DNA of 64,000 nucleotides from Eledone cirrhosa (Eukaryota): NCBI GenBank assembly GCA_964016885.1, contig OZ024749.1, positions 34,286,001 to 34,350,000 of the forward strand, read 5' to 3'. Shown piece by piece: positions 55,329 to 64,000 of this stretch (position 1 is its first letter; each line of letters starts with the position of its first letter). The notes under the pieces were generated by a model. It saw only the letters and a program-made list of their open reading frames with translations, ran no database searches and was not told where the DNA came from. The position numbers and the translations under genes were made by a program.

Positions 55329-55980
55329 CTATAATATAAGGAACAGTATATCTATCTAAACTCTACTATAATATAAGGAACAGTATATCTATCTATACTC
55401 TACTATAATATAAGGAAGAATATATCTATCTATACTCTACTATAATATAAGGAACAGTATATCTATCTATACTCTACTATAATATAAGGAACAGTATATC
55501 TATCTATACTCTACTATAATATAAGGAAGAATATATCTATCTATACTCTACTATAATATAAGGAACAGTATATCTATCTATACTCTACTATAATATAAGG
55601 AAGAATATATCTATCTATACTCTACTATAATATAAGGAACAGTATATCTATCTATACTCTACTATAATATAAGGAACAGTATATCTATCTAAACTCTACT
55701 ATAATATAAGGAACAGTATATCTATCTAAACTCTACTATAATATAAGGAACAGTATATCTATCTATACTCTACTATAATATAAGGAAGAATATATCTATC
55801 TAAATTCCACTATAATATAAAGAATATCTATGTAAACTCCACTTGAACATAAGGAATAGTATATCATAAAAAGAAAATAAGAACATATTCTGAGTAACAA
55901 GGATTTGTTTTTACTAAACACAATGTCAATGTTTGTAAAAAGGAGGCAGTTAATCTTCTGAGTTGAATCTATTATATTAC

Positions 55981-56167
55981 CAGACTTGTCAGTTCTCCCT
56001 GTTAGATGGGGAGATCTCCCACCCACTTTGGGGTGGATGAGAGATGTCGTCTCTTGTGAAAATGGGTATAGCTTTCATTATGTAAAATCTTCCCATTTTG
56101 CCACATTTCTCCCCGTTTTGGGGCACCTTTTTTCATGATATTCTCCATTTAGACTTTTAGAGGTCTG
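55981..56167. mobile_element. hAT-like MITE at the head of the 42-bp satellite
   Basis: cagac...gtctg termini flanked by the direct repeat atattac. Homologous to 61386-61576. Confidence 0.65.
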
Positions 56168-57535
56168 ATATTACTAACATGTTTCTATAGACTTCAGAGT
56201 TCAATCTATTATATTACTAACATGTACTATAGACTCCATAGTTCAATCTATTATATTACTAACATGTTACTATAGACTTCAGAGTTCAATCTATTATATT
56301 ACTAACATGTACTATAGACTTCAGAGTTCAATCTATTATATTACTAACATGTACTATAGACTCCATAGTTCAATCTATTATATTACTAACATGTACTATA
56401 GACTTCAGAGTTCAATCTATTATATTACTAACATGTTACTATAGACTTCAGAGTTCAATCTATTATATTACTAACATGTACTATAGACTTCAGAGTTCAA
56501 TCTATTATATTACTAACATGTTACTATAGACTTCAGAGTTCAATCTATTATATTACTAACATGTACTATAGACTTCAGAGTTCAATCTATTATATTACTA
56601 ACATGTTACTATAGACTTCAGAGTTCAATCTATTATATTACTAACATGTACTATAGACTTCAGAGTTCAATCTATTATATTACTAACATGTACTATAGAC
56701 TTCAGAGTTCAATCTATTATATTACTAACATGTACTATAGACTTCAGAGTTCAATCTATTATATTACTAACATGTACTATAAACTTCAGAGTTCAATCTA
56801 TTATATTACTAACATGTACTATAGACTTCAGAGTTCAATCTATTATATTACTAACATGTACTATAGACTTCAGAGTTCAATCTATTATATTACTAACATG
56901 TACTATAGACTTCAGAGTTCAATCTATTATATTACTAACATGTTACTATAGACTTCAGAGTTCAATCTATTATATTACTAACATGTTACTATAGACTTCA
57001 GAGTTCAATCTATTATATTACTAACATGTTACTATAGACTTCAGAGTTCAATCTATTATATTACTAACATGTTACTATAGACTTCAGAGTTCAATCTATT
57101 ATATTACTAACATGTACTATAGACTTCAGAGTTCAATCTATTATATTACTAACATGTTACTATAGACTCCCCAGTTCAATCTGTTATATTACTAACATGT
57201 TACTATAGACTCCCCAGTTCAATCTGTTATATTACTAACATGTTACTATAGACTCCACAGTTCAATCTGTTATATTACTAACATGTTACTATAGACTCCC
57301 CAGTTCAATCTATTATATTACTAACATGTTACTATAGACTCCCCAGTTCAATCTGTTATATTACTAACATGTACTATAGACTCCCCAGTTCAATCTCTTA
57401 TATTACTAACATGTTACTATAGACTTCAGAGTTCAATCTATTATATTACTAACATGTTACTATAGACTTCAGAGTTCAATCTATTATATTACTAACATGT
57501 ACTATAGACTCCACAGTTCAATCTCTTATATTACT
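56168..57535. repeat. 42/43-bp minisatellite
   Basis: (tactatagacttcagagttcaatctattatattactaacatg[t])n. Confidence 0.95.
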
Positions 57536-57539
57536 ATGG

Positions 57540-57955
57540 TCACAGAGATATGAAAGGCAGAGTCAGCCATTGTAGGATTTGAACTTGGAACAAAGAAACT
57601 TACAATTAAAAATTATTCTGTCTGACAGTATAAACCAACATTGAATAAATATAGTAGTGGAATAATGGTATTTTTGTAAAGTCTTATATATATATATGTT
57701 AACTTTGCCTTTCATCCTTACGGGGTCGATAAAATAAAGTACCAGTAATGTACTGGGTAATTTGCTGGCCTTGTGCCAATAGTAGAAACAATTATTATTA
57801 TAGAAACGACTAGAACCGTTTCATTCATATTTTTCCTGTTTCTCCATTGTAATCCTGTCTCTATTTTGTACTGACGTCGAACTTTAATTCCTCTTTTCAC
57901 TATAAAGCGTGAAACTAATAAGACTTTTTGTACTTCTGTTTGTTGTCACCTTGTA

Positions 57956-58002
<47 letters not shown>

Positions 58003-60745
58003 AACTTGAGAATTTGTGCGTCCCAATGCAAATTACTATAATAACAGTTGAGAAAATCGGGTAAAGTACTCTCCTGGGGATTATTATTTAATTATTTAGG
58101 CGGTGGATTGGCAGTATCGGTAGAGGGTCTGACGCCATGCTTTGCAGCAAAGAGTTATGGCCCTTTATGGTCCGAGTTCAAATCCCGCCGAGGTTAACTT
58201 TGCCTTTCATCCTTACGGGGTCGATGAAATAAAGTACCAGTAATGGACTGAAGTAATTGCTGGTCTTGTGCCAAAAGTAGAAACAATTATTTAATTATTT
58301 ATAGTAGTTGACTTACGGGGTCGATAAAATAAAGTACCAGTAATGCACTGGGGGTAATTGCTGGCCTTGAGCCAAAAGTAAAAACAATTATTATGCTCAA
58401 TTGCGTTAGGACGCAATTCTGTAGCTTGCAAAGCTATGGTTACAAATGTAAGAGAAACCTGGATTCCGTTTGTCATATCTAGAAATAAATGTTTCTACTT
58501 TAGGCACAAGGCCAGCAATTAGCCAGTGCATTACTGGTACTTTATTTTATCGACCCCGTAAGGATGAAAGGCAAAGTCAACCTCGGCGGGATTTGAACTC
58601 AGATCTTAAAGGGACGTAACTGTGCTGGAAAGCATAATATATATATCTAGAAATAAACACAGTTGATTAACGATTGGTGGATATCTCAAATATTGTTGCC
58701 TGATTTAAGCACAGGACCAGCAAAGTTTATTAAATCAACCTCAGTATTTGACTGGTACTATATTTTATCAACCCCAGAAGGATGAAGTTAAAGTTAGCCT
58801 TAGCAGGATTTGAACTTAGAATGTAAAGAGCCAGAACAAATACCAAAATAACATTTTATTTGACCGTCAACCAATTCTGTCAATCCACCACATTCGAGAG
58901 TGTGTGTCATATACTGAAAATAAAAGATTTCTAGTTTAGGCACAAGGCCAGTAATGTTGGGGGAGGGGAAAGTCGATTAAATCGACTCCAGTACGTTACT
59001 GGTGCTTTATTCTATCGACCCCTTAAGGATGAAAGGCAAAGTTAACCTCGGCGGGATTTCAACTCAGACCGTAAAGGTCCGTAACTCTATGCTGCAAAGC
59101 ATGGCGTTCGACTCTCTACCGATACAGCCAATCCACCGCCCTTAACCATCGATTTCGAAATAATTGTTTCTACTTTTGGCACAAGGCCAGCAATTATCCC
59201 AGTGTATTACCAGTACTTTATTTTAAAAGTTAACCTCGGCGGGATTTGAACTCAGAATGGCAAGGGCTGTAACTCTATGCGTCAAAGCATGGCGTCCGAC
59301 CCTCTACCAATACTGCCAATCTGAAAGGCAAAGTTCTCCTCGATGGTATTCGAACTCAAAGATAATATAATATAATATAAGTTGACGGAGTTGCAGCAGT
59401 AGAACTCATTGCAGATTTTCCACGTTTTTTCTTTTATTTTCAGTATATGACACACACCTCTAGCATAGTTACGTCCCTTTACAGTCTGAGTTCAAATCCC
59501 GCCGAGGTTAACTTTGCCTTTCATCCTTACGGGGTCGATAAAATAAAGTTCCAGTAATGTACTGGGTAATTGCTGGCCTTGTGCCAAAAGTAGAAACAAT
59601 TATTTCGAGGTCGATGAATAAGATATTATTTCAGTACTGAGGTGGATTCTTCCTCTATATCTCTTCCTCTTTCTCACTTTTTCTATCTATCTCCTTCTTT
59701 GGGAGGAATTGGCTGTGTTCAGACATGGACAGGAGATGGATTCCACTAGATTTAAAATGTCCAAGACACGTTGTATGTCCTAAATTTTGATAAGTCTAGT
59801 ATTTAGTGAGGTATGGTGATGTTTTACAAGAAGTATAGATACCATATTTCCCGGCGCCGAAGAGGCGTCCTCGAGGGCGCACCCTAATTTTGACAACCAA
59901 AAATAAAAAATAAAAATGATAAACAACCAGGACGCATGGTAGATTTTTTAGACTTATTTTAGGAAAATAGTAGCATCTTCGACGCCGGGAAATACGGTAC
60001 ATAATATATGAATGTTTTCTTCAGATATATAGAATCTAGATATTTCTGACAACATAATTATTTTGTCATTTTAACATGATTTTACGGTGAGGAACATGCG
60101 TGTCTTTGAGAGAAATTTTCTCGTTGTAAAGAACTATTAGTGTTTTTAGAGCGATAACGATCGATCGATGGACCACCGTTGCTTTCGACGATGTGTGATC
60201 CAATTGTTCAATCAATGGAATAGGCTACACCTATATGTGGCTGAATGCTTAAAGTAATTCTCAACGAGATTTAGTATGACAAAGCTGGACCATTAAATTA
60301 CAAATATAGTTTATTTGTCGGGCTTCCAAATAGCTTCCGTCTATCCTATTTCATTAAAAAAGCATGGGCTGACTTGAGTCTAAGGTAAATGACACTTATC
60401 CAAGATGTCATGCAGTGGGATCGAACCCGTGACCTAATGATTGCAAAGAGAACTCCTTAAGCACAAGGGTGATAACACTATTGTTATGATTTATTACTGG
60501 TACTTTATTTCATCGACCCCGTAAGGATGAAAGGCAAAGCTAACCTCGGCAGGATTTGAACTCAGAACAAAGAGTTGTAACATTATACCTCAAAGCATGT
60601 TCTGAATTCAAATACCGCCGAAGTTAGCTTTGCCTTTCACCCTTACAGGATCGATAAAATAAAGTACCAGTAATGCACTGGGTCGATTTAATCGACTTTC
60701 TTCTCTCCTAAAACTTTGGCCTTGTGTTTAAATCAGAAACAATTA
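57540..60745. mobile_element. Dense cluster of about 10 Meta-domain-like SINE copies or fragments in both orientations
   Basis: Repeated gcctttcatccttacggggtcgataaaataaagtaccag and its reverse complement. Further copies near 5710, 9320, 21420, 28685, 30325, 45850-46440, 49930, 52950 and 63345. Confidence 0.8.
59842..59997. mobile_element. pogo/Tc2-like MITE (TA TSD)
   Basis: TA-ccatatttcccggcgccgaaga...tcttcgacgccgggaaatacgg-TA. Confidence 0.75.
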
Positions 60746-61385
60746 TTTTTATGATTTAGCAAAGATAAAGGGGGAGAAAAAAACTTTCAAATTCGTTTTG
60801 GTATTTTTTTTTTTTTTTTTTTCATCTTTTTAGTCGGTTTTATTAACATATAGTAAACCTATCAGTTCCTTTTGTTTTAAAGAATAATGTACGTGGCAAA
60901 TTTTATAATAAAGTCGACATATTATAGACATGCGTGTGCGCATTTTTTACAGACATTTGTTTTATCAATCAGTTTTAATATCAAGACATTTCAAACCTCT
61001 TGACTGTTACTTGCTTGAAATATCGACATCCTTTGAGGAAACTTGAATCAACATCTCATTGCATCAGTCTATCTTTTTCAAATTTTTTCAACCATAATTA
61101 TTTTGCAAACTTTAACAAACAAATCTTATAAAAAAAATAAGTTTTTTTAACCATTAACTAAACATTGGCATCGCAATTCTAAGGATGGAGGCAAATATCT
61201 GTGTGACAGAAATGACATTTGCTGTAACATAAAATCGAAGTTTTTGTTGCAATTATACCTGAAGTAAAAGTGACTATTTGCATTCGTAATAATGTAATAT
61301 TTTGTGTAGGAAATTTATGATTAGAATAGTTAGAGTTAATATGAAAAGGACATATTAGTTGTGGTGTTTTGAAGACAGTTATATG

Positions 61386-61576
61386 CAGACCTGTCAACTC
61401 TCCCCGTCCGACGGGGAGATCTCTCAACTACTTTGGCGTGGGAGAGAGATGTCTTCTCTTTTGAAAATGGGTATAGCTTTCATTATATAAAATCTCCCCA
61501 TTTTGCTTCATTTCTTCCCGTTTGCAGGCACTTTTTGCTACTCCCTGTTTTGGGTTTTTAGAGGTTGGCAGGTTTG
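61386..61576. mobile_element. hAT-like MITE
   Basis: TIRs cagacctgtcaac and gttggcaggtttg, with a degenerate 8-bp TSD (gttatatg/gctacata). Copies at 55981-56167 and about 42815-43018. Confidence 0.65.
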
Positions 61577-61799
61577 GCTACATATCCCCGTGTCACGTTT
61601 TGTGAAGGTTTTGTTTGGCAATCTACTCTCTGTAATTTTTAAAAGTGTTTTAGGTCGTCAATGGGAAGAATATATAGAGTAATTAATATCTGATTAAGAA
61701 TTCTTTAGATAATGAAGATTAATAAAAAATAAAGAAAATACAGTATCATTGTAAGTTTTAGTAAGGAAACATATTTGTTATACAAGCATCAAATACAAA

Positions 61800-61814
61800 C
61801 ACATATATATGTAA

Positions 61815-61853
<39 letters not shown>

Positions 61854-62165
61854 ATATATCATCTATATATACTGTGTATATATATATATTATATTATCTA
61901 TATATACTATATATATTATATCATATATATATATTGTATATATATATCGTATATATATTATATATATATATCATATATATATATTATATATATATATCAT
62001 GTATATTATATATATATCATGTATATTATATATATATATATCATGTATATTATATATATATATCGTGTATATATTATATATATCATGTATATATTATATA
62101 TATATCATGTGTATATTATATATATATCATGTGTATATTATATATCATGTATATATATATATATA
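61800..62165. repeat. Degenerate (TA)n array
   Basis: TA runs punctuated by catg. Confidence 0.9.
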
Positions 62166-62644
62166 ACAGTGCCAACTAATTTCAGACTTCGACACATCTT
62201 TTTCAGACAATGAAATAAGATTTAATAAGTACCATTTTTTATTACAACATTCCCAGAAACTATGGAAATATTTATCTTCCCTACATATCTTGTCACGATT
62301 GGAAATATTTATGTAATGTTTACAAATAATATACTTGCGAAATAGATTGTGACTTATTTTGAAAAAAGGAAGAAGAAAAAAATCCTCTAAAAATAATCAT
62401 AGAAGCACCTTCATAAACGATATTCATGCACCATCAAATATTCCTGTGTATGTAAATGAGTATGGCCGTGTACACACTTATACATAGATGCATGTAGATG
62501 AGTATTGATGTGTACACACTTATACATAGATGCATGCATCTATACATATTGTCAATTTTCGTTATTTTAATGTTTATAATGTTATTCAGAAAATGCAGAA
62601 CAAAGTGATTTTGTTCAAACTTCTGATTTTCATGTAACAAAAAT

Positions 62645-62989
62645 TTATTCCAAGGTTCTTCCTTTAGATATTGAAAGATTGGATATTTCACCGGAAGGTT
62701 TACGAGATTTTGTTTTTGATAATCTTGTATAGACGAATCTTCTAGGGTTTGGTGGCCGCAAGCTACCTTTACATCCTATACAAAAGCAGAAAAAATCGCA
62801 TTGCTTCATATAATATTTGCAGTATTTGATACAATGGTCGAAGCTGTGTTTCAGATGTGTGAAGCATTGCTTGAAGCAGGCGAGGGAAAAATTACCACAC
62901 ATGATGGCACAATTAGAATTGTCTTCGAAATTCATATAAGCGGGAGACAGGTATGGAAATATGAATAGAAGCAGTAATATTTCAGCTCT
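62645..62989 (-). CDS. Terminal exon of an uncharacterised, probably secreted cysteine-rich peptide precursor
   Basis: Acceptor tttctctttgtgtttcag, then hydrophobic RAEILLLLFIFPYLSPA, then 10 Cys in the regular pattern CX3C-X6-CX3C-X10-CX3C-X6-CX3C-X-C-X2-C, a basic tail and a stop. AATAAA on the minus strand at 62243-62238. Start exon not identified. Confidence 0.65.
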   Translation of the reverse strand, partial: RAEILLLLFIFPYLSPAYMNFEDNSNCAIMCGNFSLACFKQCFTHLKHSFDHCIKYCKYYMKQCDFFCFCIGCKGSLRPPNPRRFVYTRLSKTKSRKPSGEISNLSISKGRTLE

Positions 62990-64000
62990 CTGAAACACAA
63001 AGAGAAATATGTAAGATTAAATTCCTCAATATAGTTGTAAAACTTGTTGAATGGAATATAATAGGAAAAGGAAAAAATAAACAAAAATGAATACTTAACA
63101 ATTCAGAATTTAAAAAAATCGTTTTTAAATTTTTGAAAATAAAACTCATTTTATTTCAAAATACTCAAATATATTCCAAAAATAAAATTACATAAAAATA
63201 ATAAAGAATTTCACATTTAGTCAAACATACCGAAAAAGAGGGATTATAATTGCTATAGACGAGAGGAAAAGATTATTAGGCGACGAAAGAAAGGGGGAAG
63301 GGGAGATCTATAGATGTGTAGATGTTTGTATGTATTAATAATAATTGTTTTTACTTTTGGCACAAGGCCAGCAATTTTTCCAGTGTATTACTGGTACTTT
63401 ATTTTATCGACCCCGTAAGGATGAAAGGCAAAGTTAACCGCGGCAGGATTTGAACTCAGACCATAAAGGGCCGTAACTCCTTGCTACAAAGCATGGCATC
63501 CGACCCTCTACCGATACTGCCAATCCAATATTTATACTTATATATGTTTAATATACAATTATAAATATGCCAGTTACCGGTAGGATAAAAAGCTCAATGT
63601 AAATTGATGTTTGTATGTATAAATGTGTGGATGTATAGATGTTTGTATGTGTAGATATTCTCCTTTTCGGGTAGTGTTTTCGATGCTCAGAAAGTGGGAT
63701 TGGTCGAGTGCAAGGTCTTTCCCCACTTAAAAAACCTTGAAAGCTCAGGCATTGCTTGTTCAGGATATTTTACAGGTTCGTGTGGCTGGCGGTAGCCTAC
63801 AAGTGCACCAAACTCTATAATCTTAGCAGAGTCTTCAGCCATCATGTGTAGATGTACAGATGTTTGTGTGTGTCTCTGTGGTAAAAGTATTAGATTCCTC
63901 GACAACGCGTTGTTTCCTTAAGCAAGGCACTTTATTTCATGTTCCTCCAGCCAACTCAGCTGGAGAAAAATGAGTTGTACCTGTAATTTAAAGGGCCCAG

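Larger units (their letters stand above)
53890..55830. repeat. 37-bp minisatellite
   Basis: (ctctactataatataaggaacagtatatctatctaaa)n with variants, interrupted by two SINE copies. Confidence 0.95.

Noticed and set aside
56646-56951. 14-aa repeat ORF MYYRLQSSIYYITN
   Set aside because: Run of 42-bp units in an array whose 43-bp variants break the frame.
63687-63905. 72-aa minus-strand ORF as the start of the Cys-rich gene
   Set aside because: Begins in a SINE fragment, has no signal-peptide character, and no clear in-phase donor was found.

Overview
AT-rich, intron-containing animal genomic DNA. The SINE families and long (TA)n/(GAT)n microsatellites point to an octopod cephalopod (inference). 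There are three recognisable genes: the 5' coding exons of EMSY on the minus strand (running off the left edge), CEP19 on the plus strand (CDS in one exon, probably head-to-head with EMSY around 20.1-20.5 kb), and a FAM124-family gene on the plus strand (candidate exons 41.4 kb, 47.6 kb and 51.4-52.4 kb). A fourth, unnamed minus-strand exon at 62.6-63.0 kb encodes a signal-peptide-like segment followed by a 10-Cys domain. Its spacing nearly matches the helical-hairpin nemertean neurotoxin B-IV, and it is the most interesting candidate in the window. The rest is transposon remnants (RTE, RTE-X-like, CR1-like, L1/Tx1-like and RLE LINEs; CORE- and Meta-type tRNA SINEs; mariner, pogo-like, hAT-like and piggyBac-like MITEs), satellites with higher-order structure, and several long inverted repeats, including an interleaved A-B-A'-B' palindrome at 36.8-37.9 kb. 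All homology calls are from memory of family motifs; no searches were run.
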